DNA of 64,000 nt from the human T2T-CHM13v2.0 reference genome, Homo sapiens, in assembly GCF_009914755.1 (NCBI RefSeq), contig NC_060947.1, one strand, 5' to 3'. Under the pieces are notes generated by a model, which made no database searches, was not told the DNA's origin, and saw only the letters and a program-made list of their open reading frames with translations. The position numbers were made by a program, and so were the translations under genes. This document shows positions 50,404 to 62,847 of the stretch, one piece after another; position 1 is the stretch's first letter, and each line of letters opens with the position of its first letter.

Positions 50404-53400
50404 CCCTACTTAGGCTGCAGTTTGGACACAGGGATTTTCAGGTCAGTAGTGTTCACCTTGACCCTCACAATTACAAAGAGGAGTGCCATTAGATTCCCAT
50501 TAATTAAGGGTAAATGCTACCTGTCACTTTGAAAGTTTTGGTCTTAGAGTATGTCTGTATCTCTGCTTTAGAAAGACACGATTTAAGTTGCTAGATACAA
50601 GATGTCATTTCTTGTCTTTTCTCTTAGCCCTAAACATCAGCTTGCTTTAATTAGAAATAACAGTAAGGCATCTGCTGAAAGTATGTGCACTTCCATTAAT
50701 CTAGGGTTACTCAAGAGAATGGCAAAGGGGTTTCTATATTACATTTGCTAATAAAGAGTATAAACAGTATTTCAAGATGAGGACTAAAATGAAATACCTA
50801 AAACCTTACCAGGTCCAGCTGGTTCATATTTACATTGCCAGAAGGAGGGATTAGAGAAGCACTGCAAAAGCACAACACCTTCTGCATTCTTAAAATTAAA
50901 GGGACAAATTGTTATCTGAAATGAGCTGCAGGCCAGAGGGGGAAAGATAACCATATCAGCAGGAACAAAGGTTGTGGCTGACCAGCTAAAAAGTGACCTT
51001 TTTTTTTTTTTTTCATGTTCTCAGAATCTAAAAATGGAATCCCATTAAAATGCATTAAAAATAGGAAAAAAATATAATATAAAAAGCCAGTATAGTCGCA
51101 GATGCTAAATTTACACTTCCCACAACAGGGATTGTGCCTTAGTGTCATTCCCATCAACCCATCAACTGAGCTTCCCCCTAAGCAGACACCACTTCCTGGG
51201 AGTAAATGAAGCATTTTTGGGAGCTGCTCTCCCAGTTGGTCTCAGGCCACTAGGGTCCCATTCAGTTAGTTATTACTTCAGGACACTTACTGGTTCCCTA
51301 GTGGCCTCAAATAAATGATTGCAGCTCCTAAAAATCCTGACTTCCAGAAGTAGCTTGTGCATGAGGAGAATGTGCAAAACTCACGCAATGAGATAATTCT
51401 GAGGCTTCCAGAATCCTGTTACATCCAGTATAAAGCTGTGAAGCAGCCACAGTTGGTGTCTTTCGTTAGTAAAAATCATGGACATCCTTCAGGAAAGCAA
51501 AACTACCCTCTCACTGCTAGTTTCCTTCTTCATAGCCAAGACGCGAGAAAAAATAAATGTCTAAAAATTAGAGATCTTTCAGCTACGCCAGATGCCTTTG
51601 AAAAGAAACAACTCAGTCATTCAAACAGCCTGATTTTATGAGGTGACATTTTAGATTATGATATGACATTGCAGATTTGACATGATTGTGCTAATTGTGA
51701 GAAAATATGCTACTTTGATCAAACTAGAATGAAGGAAATAAAAAGGCACTGTGGCTCAACTTGTAATAAAGAGCAGCTCATCCTCACAGCTTTGTGATTG
51801 TTGCTATAGTTATCTATTCAACATGGGATGCACAATACAGTTAACGTTTCATTACCAGTAGCCTGTTGCGTGCTTATTGTTAAAAGGAATTTAACATACA
51901 AGTTTTTGTATGTTTTGTTCGCCTAATTCTGATTCCTCGTGCTGACTGGCATGAGACAGGGAGCTGGATTGTATTAAACTGGTTTTATTGTGATGTGACT
52001 ATGATGGATGTGACAAGGGCCTCTATTATTCGCTGGGGAGTGTGGCCATTAATGAAGCCATTAGCTGAGCTAAGGCAAGTGAAGAAAATAGGGAAATTAC
52101 CACTATTCTGAAGCCATTAAGTTGTAATCCACCACTTTCTCTCCTTACTCAAAAAGGCATCTTCTTTTTAAGGCCTCCCTGACTGTCCTTTAAAGATTCA
52201 TTAATTCATTAACTTTCCAAGGAGATGGGGGTGGATAGCATAGTTGAAATTTTAATCAGTTCAGTGTATCATATTATTAACATTATGGCAGTGTCTGTGC
52301 TCATTGCTGGACCACATCAGGTTAATTTTAAACAAACCACATTACAGCAGATGTCTTTCTGTTCTATGCATAACAGAAGAGCTTCCATTTGTAGAGTACT
52401 TTAGATTTCACCATGCTCTTTTATGTTTGGTTGATACCCAGGGCAGGCACTATGTACCTCTGTTATACAGATGAGTGAACTGAGGCTTAGTGAGGCTAAA
52501 ATAACCTGAGGGATGAAGATCAGCCAGCCACTAGATGGGCAGAAGTGGGTTTCACCCTTAAATTCTCACTGAACCTTTGTATTAGGAATCATGCTTTTCC
52601 CATGTATAGTCTCTGCTGGAAAAAAGAAAGCCTCTGGTGAGCACAAATCTTTTGAAAATGAATAACTTGTGTTTATTCTGTATTAAATGTTTAAAAATAT
52701 TTATTTAGCTAATCAGGGATTTGCATCTTTTAAAAACAATGGCGGTGTGCTCTGTGCAAGTCATATATGTGATATACTACCCTGTGGGTGGTTTCAGTTT
52801 ACTTATAAAACGTTTAGCTCAGTCAAGTTGGGTGATGTCTACTACTTGGCAAAGCAGAGTGTTCTTAAAGACACAAGCTTTGGCTCTACAGCCCTTAGCG
52901 AACCAACATTTCCCAAGCAGAAGTTAGGACAGTTTTTTCTTGAAAGGGATAGTGAGGTCAATTCTATGCTCAATCCTTGCCATGCTAAGAAAATTTGGGA
53001 CCCAGAACCAGTGCCTTAGCACATCCCCAAATTGATGCCTCTTCTAACCTATTTGTGTAGATATGTTGCACATATAATTGTTGCTACCTATTGCAAGGTC
53101 CAAATGGGTAAAGGATACACATTTTGATCTTCTATACTAGGATATTCTTGAGACCTCCTAAAAGGGAGCATGAAGAACTGAGGCTTGGCTGGCTGCTGGG
53201 CAGACCACTTTGCTTAGCAGCCATCCATGCAGACAGGTGCCCACAGGCTGAAGGGCTGTCAGGGGAAGGCAGTCACAGCAAGGAAGGAAGTGGGATAGGA
53301 ACTGAAACAAAGATTATTTCTCCTCATATATTTATGAGTTCCTCTAGGTGGGCTAGAGCCTAGAGCGAGGAGAAACTCGGTATGTATTGTTAAACAGAAT

Positions 53401-53693
53401 GGATTAAAAGGAAGGGGACTGTGGCTTAAGAATTCATTGAGCAGTCTATCTTTTGGGTCATCCCCGTCTTCATCACAAGTAAGTCCACACCTGGAAATGG
53501 AACTTTTCCCTCCAAACCATAGAGTTGATCACCAGGGGGAGAGCTGTAATGAAATCTGTTTCTGAAACCAGTTGGCCTTACTGCTTCTGTGTGAGTTGGT
53601 GTTAGCAAATGGTTGCATGAAACCTTCCTGATGACTTACCATCCTCTAGAGGGCAGAGCCAGGACTGGATCCGGGCCTCCTAAATTGTAGACC

Positions 53694-53860
53694 CTGGTAT
53701 TCAAAAGGGGGTCCATGGAACAGCAGCATCGACCTCTCTTGGTATAACTTGTTGGAAATGCCCAATGTCAGGTGCCAGCCAAACTTCCTGAATCTGAGTC
53801 TGCATTGTCAAAAGATCCCCAGGGAATGCATATGCACAATAAAGACTAAAGAGCCCTGCT
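53694..53860. mobile_element. MER5A/B element
   Basis: ggtccatggaacagcagcatc...cttgttggaaatgc...ctgaatctgagtctgcatt...aagatccccaggg..catatgcaca. Confidence 0.75.
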
Positions 53861-53964
53861 GATAGGCTTGGTTCATTGAAATGTGAATCTTATGTGCAAT
53901 GACTAAAGATTGTGTTCTTTTGCCTTACTTTTACAAAAGAAGAAGGGAACTGATCTTGATTGGA

Positions 53965-54170
53965 CCCCCTACCCTGTGCCAGTAACTGAATGTGCCTGGC
54001 ATCCTATATTTCTGCTTGTTCAACCTTCACAACTACCCTGGGAGATAAGCACTGTCTTCCTAATCTTATAGACAAGGAATTCTAAGCTGAAAAACAAAGT
54101 GACTTGCCCAAGGCCACAGGGTAATTGTCAAGGCTGGGGTTTGAACCCTAGTTTGTGTGATTTCAAAGCC
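53965..54170 (-). mobile_element. MIR
   Basis: aaccttcacaactaccctgg...gtgacttgcccaaggccaca...gctggggtttgaacccta. Confidence 0.75.
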
Positions 54171-55404
54171 TTCCGCATGACAGCATGCTGTAGTAGAAAG
54201 CACAGAGAGAAAATCTGGAGATGTAATTGCCTAGTTCCTCGGGGAACATCTCTAGAGGATTGATTTTATTATTGTTGTTTAACAACCCTAATTATTTGAG
54301 TATATTTTTTGTAGTGGCTTACAGCATCTCTTGATAAACATGCAAGAATTGATATTTGGCAGTATTATGAAAAATAACATTGGTCTGTAACAGTGTTTTA
54401 AGTTTAGATACTTTTGTTTAATGATCTGCACGTCTTACTTTCAACTTTTTATTAACAGGGTTAAAGTAAGTGAACAACTCTTCTGCTCCTACCATCCATA
54501 TCACTTATTTATTTTTGTCCCTCCATGTTCTGTGAAGGCAGAAGTCTTTTAAGCCTCAACAGCTAATTACCTCCCCTGGGAGAAAGCTGGGAAGACAAGA
54601 AACATCGAAAAGGTCAACTCAGTTTAAGCTGGTGATTTGCCACAATGTGAGGTGAGGTGGTCACTTTCGAACTTGGAGTGAATGGTCACTAAGCGGGGAC
54701 CTTGCCAGGCAGCAAGATAAGGAACCTCCCAGGGCCACCCATTTGCCTCAGGCCTTGTGTTTTATTTCATAGCCTGCTCGAATTCATTATATGGTTACAT
54801 TTTTCCCAAACAAAATACTCACCGCTTAAATATAATCCAGTCCTTTCCAAGTTGAAATAATTTTGGGATTTGCCATTTGAATTACCCACAAGACATCTTT
54901 CCTATATACCCATGACTGTTTCTTAAAAGAATCCCAGCTGGGAAATGATTTGCTGCCCCAAGGAAACAAGCAGGTTTACATATCCCCATCCCCACCCTGC
55001 TTTCACTCTCTCTCTCTCTCTCTGTCTCTGATTTCTTCAACTTTTCCACTAGGGCCAACTGAGAATCCTCCCAATGTGTGAGTGTGCACACATGTGTCTC
55101 AGTTTGCCTCTGTCTTAGGGATTGGGGCTGCTGTAAAGCAGCCTTATAATGGGCAGATTTTCCTACATGTTGATTGTTAATGAGATTAATATTTTCTCCC
55201 TTGTTATGTAGGGCAATTCTGTATTCACAAGCTGTCATCTTTTTCTTTCTTACTGTGGGGCTTTCTCAACTGTCATGCCATCAGGCTCATGAGCCTTTCA
55301 TGAGAAAGACATGGGCCTCTTATGAGTCCACTGAGCTCTGTCCACATGAACAGCCAGTCCAGTCACTGGCAGGATCTGTTGGTACTGTGTTACGATCACC
55401 ACAG

Positions 55405-55725
55405 TCATGAGTAAATTTGAGAGGAGATGCTGTGAGGCTATGCAAATATCCCATTGTTTCTTAGAGCTTCACCCACTAATTTTAGCATCCATTGATGAAA
55501 GTTGCCTGCAGGAATTATTACTATGGTGTTCTAATGATGATTTTCTATTTCCCTCCTTCCATCAACCTTTACTAATTTCTTCTGTGAAGAATCCCTTCTT
55601 CTATTTATGCATTATTCAATTTGTTTTTTTATAAGTTGGGAATCATGGATATTTATTTTATTCTATGAGTTATAATCAAATACTGTTGTTATTTATTTTG
55701 TTGCTGAAATTGTTCTAGCTGTAGC
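55405..55725 (-). mobile_element. Old L1 (L1MC/MB-type) fragment
   Basis: cacccactaattttagcatccattgatg...gatgattttctatttcc, the reverse complement of the motif seen at 37560-37590. Confidence 0.7.
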
Positions 55726-56143
55726 TAGGGGTTTTCTACCCCCTTCATTTCTGGTTGAGGAACAGGCTGGAGAGGGGAATGCCTTGCCCAAGATCATGCC
55801 TTTGGAGACAGCACCAGGGTTAGAACACAGATCTCTTTTTGAACTCACAGTTCAGGCCTGTCTCCATTATACTGTGCCACTTTATGAAACACTGAGAAGT
55901 ATCTAGGTACACTGTCTCACTTTGCTGTGCTTTTTGTTTATCTTTTGATTAATACAGTTTTGATTGTCCTTCAGAGTTGGGTACAGGAGGAAATTTTGGG
56001 TGTCAGCCTGCTGTGTTGGAAAGCCTTTTTGTCACAGACAAATAACTTCACTAGCTTGATCTACTGTAGAGTGGAATTTAAAATAAGCTGGATGCCTTTT
56101 GTATCCCTTTTAGGTTGTTATCCGATAATAAGACAGCATAGGT

Positions 56144-56275
56144 AGGGTGATCATGCACACTGGTTTGTCTTGAGTAGTCCTACTTAGTGTCTGTTTTTCA
56201 GGTGTAATCATCAGTATAGTACCTTTTCCCCCTCAAAAGTGTGCATATTTTGATGATCAGTTATATAGTCACCCC
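56144..56275 (-). mobile_element. MER94-like hAT-Blackjack miniature element
   Basis: ~130 bp with TIR-like ends agggtgatca...tagtcacccc. Confidence 0.65.
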
Positions 56276-56280
56276 AGTCC

Positions 56281-56476
56281 ACTGGTTTTCAAACTTTTGC
56301 TCCACATCAGAGTTACCTGGAGGGCTTAAATAAATTAAAAAAAAAAGAGTCACCTCGAGGGCTTGTTAAACTACAGACAGCTGGATCCCACCCCCCAAAT
56401 TTGTGATTCACTGGGTCTGGGGTGGGGCTTGAGAATGAGCGTTTCTAACACGCTCTAAGGTGCTGCAGGTGCTGCG
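56281..56476. mobile_element. MER5A element interrupted by an A-rich micro-insertion
   Basis: tggttttcaaactt...catcagagttacctggagggctt...cagacagctggatcccacccc...tgattcactgggtctggggtggggcttgagaat. Confidence 0.8.
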
Positions 56477-57688
56477 TGATTAATGTGTTGATTAACATCA
56501 ATAAATTTCTTAATATTGTAATATTTTACACCTTGACATGATGCTATGGAATAGATTTATATTAAAAACTGCTTACTTTTTCTACCTAGTAAATTATGTT
56601 TATAGAGATGTAGTGACTGACACAAAGGTAAGATAGTAGTAATAGCACTGCTAATTATATTGCTGTACATAAAAAATGACATCACTATTATCCAGCACTG
56701 TTAATAGTCCTAAATGGAGTTGGATATAGTAACCTTTTATTTGAATATACCCTCTAAATCTTGCTGAATCTTTTTCTTCCCTACAGATTTTAAATTTTGC
56801 ATAGACTCCATAGTTTTTATTTGAAGAGAAATGGAACTGGTAGGGGAGCCAGCATAATTTTCCACTCTTTATGGCACTGACTTTGGGATTGACACCTGCG
56901 CAGGTAGAGGACCTTTTTATCTGATAGGCTAAGGGCATAAACTGACCTCATGACTTACTCTTTCATATAAAGGAGACACAAAAGATGCATGTGTGCATGC
57001 ACACACACTACCAACTGTGATGATGACAACAAATTTCCTTTGTTTGCTTTTTCTTGGTAACTTTTTGGTGACTGTCATATGCTTTCTTTCTGCATCACTT
57101 CCCCATCGTAGTAGAGGATTATGTATGAAGAACACAATGTAAGAACTGAATTTGAGACCCAGTGTGTATCATTGTATCATGCTCTGTTTCCACATTGATA
57201 TTTCCCTGACATTTCATTAATATTGTTTCATTAATACTGCTTCAATAGTATTATAAGCACAGCTCATTTTCTTCTTTGTCTATGCTGGAGAGAATCTCTT
57301 GGATGGGTACATCAATGGTTCTAATTATGTAATCAATAGTAAACCAAGTCTTGAGGCCCTGTGCCTCAGTGTTTCCTTCTCTGCAGGCCAGTATATTTAG
57401 TGTTTTTGTAGTATTGGGTTTAGATGTATGATACTGCTTTGTATTTGCTGTGGCCATATGCAAAAAAGATATTACTACTTTAGCACTGATTGGGTCTCAG
57501 TTATTTGTGTGTTATCATGCATGTATTTAATTGAGCAGCTACTACATGCAAGGAGCTGTGAGAAATGAACATGAGGCCAAGATATTGACCTTGCCCTCAA
57601 GGAATTTACAGTCTTGTCAGAGAGATAATCCATACCCACAAACACCGTAAAAAGTAGACAGAATTAAGAAGTATGAGAGCTACACAGA

Positions 57689-57927
57689 GAACATGACGGG
57701 AATTCAAAGAAAGTACTACTCCTTTCTTTCAGTGAAGGGTCCAGAGTGGCTCTGAGGTTCATTTTGAACATGACGGGAATTCAAAGAAAGTACTACACCT
57801 TTCTTGCAGTGAAGGGTCCAGAGTGGCTCTGAGGTTCATTTTGAACATGACGGGAATTCAAAGAAAGTACTACACCTTTCTTGCAGTGAAGGGTCCAGAG
57901 TGGCTCTGAGGTTCATTTTGTACATGA
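57689..57927. repeat. 77-bp tandem repeat, 3 copies plus 8-bp partial
   Basis: Unit gaacatgacgggaattcaaagaaagtactac...ggttcatttt starts at 57689, 57766 and 57843. Confidence 0.95.
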
Positions 57928-58998
57928 AGAGATGAGAAAGGACAATCTAAGTGGAAGATACAGGAGAAACACGGAAACAAACAAAAGAATATCCAGGGAA
58001 CTGTTTGCAGATCCCTTTGTCTGGTTGCATGACACAGAATGTAGCAGAAAGCCATGAACTAGCTGAAAGTAAGAAGGATTTGGCTGGCTGCAGACAGGCA
58101 GTACCAAAATGTAAGGGCATACTAATTCACTGTGGGCCAGTTACTATGCTAGGGATCGTATATACCTTCTCTCATTTCATCCTCAAAATTTCTCTGAGGA
58201 AGGGAGTGCTTTTATTCTTTCCTTGTATTAAGGCCTATGAATATATTTCAGGAGAAGAGCTTCCAAAATACTTCCAATAAATATGTGGGATGGTTAAGCA
58301 ATGGCACAACAAATTTAGTTGCCGTGACCTAGGTCTGTCCAAAGGCCCCTGTACAATTCAGAAGCTCTAAAGAGAGAAATATCAACTTCCCAAGTGTCCA
58401 GGTTTAATAACATTTGAACAAAGAAAAAGTCCTTCCTAGGAGACCTCCATTTCACCTGGAGGTATTTCCTTTCTATTAGTTCTACCTGTCTATCTACGTG
58501 TGTACCAAGAAGAGGGTCACTTTTTCCCCTTCATCCTGCACCTATCACTCTCCACTGCTCATACCGCTAAGCTCTTTCATCATCCGACATTGACTTGTAA
58601 TTTAACAGAGGCCATGTGCTAAGCAGGACATTGCAGTATTGGCTGGCCAGTTTGACTCAGCTGTCTTCCCACTGCAAGTCAATTGTTTTTGCCTAAAATT
58701 ATTTCAGCAAGCTTTGTGCTGTATCTGTGTCACACTTTTGGCCAGTTTGTTAATGTAAGTGCTCCTTGGTAGTAGGAGTAAGATCAATTCCTGCTTTACC
58801 TACCTATGGCCCTTGGACAATACCCTCTACCCAGTGGGTTTCACCAACAGACACTTTGTGGTGGGCATATTGGCAAAAATGTTTGACTCCCAACCACTAC
58901 TTCCCAAGGTTTTGCCATGCATAGAGCTCTCCTTATTTGCACACTGGGGCTTTCTGTAACTGCAATGTCCATCCATGTCTAAGGATGCAGCCAAATAA

Positions 58999-59324
<326 letters not shown>

Positions 59325-61148
59325 TGCCTCCCATTTACTTTAAAACATCTGTTTTCGTCTTCCAGTGTAGGCATGGTCATAAGGTGGGAATACCTTTAAT
59401 AGTTAAAATGGATTCTGAACAATTGGCTCATGAAATTAAAAGAAGATAAAAATACAATCTTTTTGGTATGTGTGCCGTAATATATACTGGCTAGATACAT
59501 CTTTAATCATTTTTAAAGTATTGAAATATCATCCGTCATGAAAATAACTCTGCATTGCTATAAAATATTTACTTTTTATGATGTTTTTGTTTTAGTTAAA
59601 AAGATTCATAGGCTAAAAGGAACTTTAAAGGTCATCAGATTTGTTCTCATAATCTAGGAATCGGCCATTCTAGGCGAGTGAAAATGTAGTTTGCTTCTAA
59701 CAGTGTCCTGAAAAATAATTTTTCAACCTTGAGGTGGGGCTATGTCAACTATTTCCGCATCCCATTCCTTGCTTGGAAATAGCAGAGACTCAACAAATAT
59801 TCACTGAAAAAGCGAATGAGCCTTAAAGGAAATGCATTTAATTGGGTAGAAAGCAAATTCTGAACACATATTTGTAGAGTGAATGCGTGGAAGAAGGAAT
59901 GGACAGACAAGACACTAGGAAATTTTCGGATATAGCTAACCTGATTTTCTCATGTTACAGATGAAATCAGTTTCTTCTTATTCAGTTTGCACAGTGTAAG
60001 TGAGTTTCCTCAACTAGTCATCATACCCTCTCTATTTGAAGGAAGTTATTAATTCTTCCCTCAGTCCCGTCTCTTCTGGCTGAGTAATCATAGCCTCGTT
60101 TACCTTTCCTCATAGGTTCATCTTTCCAAGCCTGTGAGAGTCTCTGTGGCTCTCTGATCCCCAAATACATCATAATCCTCTCTCCGTTTTAGAGCCTAGG
60201 CCTAGATATGCCAATGTGAGATTTACAGAGGGATTAGTGAGCATTTTGTATCTAAACCTGGATGATGACAATCACAGACTTCATTAGTGCATAAAGAAAA
60301 CCATAAGACAATAGGGGTTTTGTGGGATTTGTGGTGAGTTTTTTTCAAAATTATGTTTGACCACTCTTTGCTCTTCTTTCCCCCAGTTGCTATTTCTGGA
60401 ACTCACAGTTGTGATTAGACAGCATCAGAAAAGGAGGCTGCTACCTTTCACTCTTGGTTATTAAAAACAATATGTCTAATAGTTTATTATACATTTTCAA
60501 ATAGCTTCCTCTAAAAACTGGAGAAAGATTTCTCCCGCCCCATACAATTCTGTGGCTCAGAGATTGTCTTTTAGCTAGAAATATTGATTTGCTGTTGTTT
60601 AGCCCCCAGTGGATTGCTTCTTATCTCTAAGACTGGATTTTTGTTAGAATGAGAGTTGACAGAATTCAGATTTAGTCAAGTGAGGTGTGTCAGAGTTGGT
60701 AAAATGTTAAAGTTTGAGAACAAATTGGATATTAACTCAGGAAATTTTGTGTGAATTTTGTCAAAAGAAGTGATTTCAAGAATCAGGGCCTTTGTGGTGT
60801 ATATTTGCAGAGAATAATTATTTAATTGCAGAAGATAATTATTTAAATGCCTGAGTCTCCTTTTGGGGGAGGAGAACTGATTTCCACAGATTTGTTTATA
60901 CAGATTCAGTCCTAAGGCAAACCTGAAATGAAAAATCAGTCCAAATTTTTAACAGAGAATTGCATCAGATTTGGTACATTCCTATACTGGATGATAATTA
61001 ATTTTTCTTCTTTGTACTTTTTTGAAATTTCTAATTTTGTTTTACAGTGGCCCTGCATTACTTTTATACATGCTCATATAGCAAGTAAAAAAAGACACAA
61101 GCATGTATCAAATATGACCCCTATTTTATCAAATAAAAAAATCATATA

Positions 61149-61301
61149 CAAATGCTCCCCCATCAAGCTATGATTTTTTGACCTTACAGTGGTTTGAAAG
61201 TGATAAGCATTCAGTAGAAACCATACTTCAAATTAGTAATTGAAATGCATTTTCAGCTTACAATATTTTCAACTTATGATGGGTTTATCGAGGGGCATCT
61301 G
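61149..61301. mobile_element. Tigger3/MER7/MER47-type TcMar element, internally deleted, among old L1 fragments (~60950-61450)
   Basis: TIR-like ends caaatgctcc...gaggggcatctg; aatattttcaacttatgatgggtttatcg. Confidence 0.65.
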
Positions 61302-61457
61302 CGAATACGTATGTGCAGGAAAAAAACTAGAAGGAAATATACCAAAATGTATTGCGTTAATGGTTATTATCAGTGCTTGATAAGATTACAGGCTGCTTTC
61401 ATGTATTTTTCATTCTTCTCTATATTGTTACAGTTTAAAGAACATGTATATGTGAAT

Positions 61458-61674
61458 CAGGGTTTCTTAATTTTGGCACCACTGACATTTGCAGCCAAGT
61501 AACTCTTTGTTGTGAGGGGCCATCCTGATTATCGTCCTGAGTTTCCCTGACCTAGATACACACTAGATAACAGAAACACCTATTCCTCCATAGGTGTGAC
61601 AACCAAAAATGTCTTTGGACATTGCCTAATGTCTCTTGGGAGGGGGAAAAATCAGCCCTGTTTGAGAACCACTG
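61458..61674 (+). mobile_element. MER20 (hAT-Charlie) DNA transposon relic
   Basis: cagggtttcttaa..ggcaccactgacatttg...gtgacaaccaaaaatgtct...ttgagaaccactg. Confidence 0.88.
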
Positions 61675-62072
61675 ATATAAATTAAACAAGTGTTTCTTTA
61701 GTAAGAAACTTTCAAGCCATATAGAAATAAAACTAAGGCTTAAATAACTACAAATAAGGTAAGCAACAACATGGCTCCCCTACACTACTCTCTTCTCTTT
61801 CCATTCTCAGAAGAATGAAAGTGTGGGATAATGGCCTGGTTGAAGTTTACAGAGTTGTCAGGCGATGAATGATTTTGATAAGCCACCAATTCCCTCCCCA
61901 TAAAATAAATAGACTACATAAAACAATATGGGCATAGAGATTTCTTATATGTTTAGGCACACAATTAGCACTTAATGTATGTTTAATAATAAGCAATGAA
62001 CCCCTTACCAAATTAGTAGTAGAACTTATGGTCCTTCTCTACTCTAAACTCTCCTCCAGATGCTGGGAAGTG

Positions 62073-62124
62073 AAAAAAAAAAAAAAAAAAAAAAAAAAAA
62101 GAAGAAAGAAAGAAAGGAAAAGAG
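62073..62124 (+). repeat. A28 run followed by GAAA-rich purine tract
   Basis: Read directly. Confidence 0.9.
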
Positions 62125-62255
62125 ATTGGGCAAAAGTTGAGTTGTTTTCTGCCTGTGATCCTTGGTATCACAACTTTAAAAGTTTTGTTCTGGAGACCCT
62201 GTGTATTGCAAAGGTCCCATTCAAGAAGAGGACTTCCTCTCTTTTGGAGAGCACC

Positions 62256-62847
62256 TGTGCAGTAAAGGGTTAACCTAGCAAGCTTGGGGTGTTCCAACCC
62301 TGCATATTCCAAAAACAGGGCCAATCAAGGGCTTCTGGGAGATAACTTCTAGGTCCTTGGAATATTCTGCCTGATGAGAGGGTCTTTGTATACCTGGGGA
62401 GTTGAGCCACACCAGATAGTTTATGCTAACAATGTGGGTTATGGTAGTGTCCTTGGGCCACTGTGTATCAGTTTGACCTCTGGAGGGGCTGGAGACTGAG
62501 TAACTAAAATCAGGCACGTGGGTGCTCCATGACTACTGACTAGTCCTCAATAAAAATCTGGACACCAATACTCCGGAGAGCTTTCCTGGTTGGAAATATT
62601 TTGTACATATTGTCACACATCATTGCTTGGGGAATTAAGCACTGTCTTTACTACTCTCCTGGGAGAGGAAAACTAGAAGCTTGTACTCGGTCTCTCATGG
62701 ACCCCACCATGTGTACCTTTTTCCTTTGCTGATTTTAATCTGTATTCTTTCACTGTAATAAACCATAACCATGAGTATAGCAGTTTCTGTGACTTGAGTC
62801 CTTCTGGCAAAACATACTTGAGGGTGGTCTTGGGAACCCCTGACACA
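62256..62847 (+). mobile_element. Solo LTR, MER77/MER21-family
   Basis: TG...CA termini (tgtgcagtaaagggttaa ... gggtggtcttgggaacccctgacaca), ~590 bp, AATAAA at ~62549 and ~62757. Confidence 0.8.

Noticed and set aside
57689-57927. CRISPR-like appearance of the repeated unit
   Set aside because: Head-to-tail tandem copies with no unique spacers, in a human intron with no cas genes.
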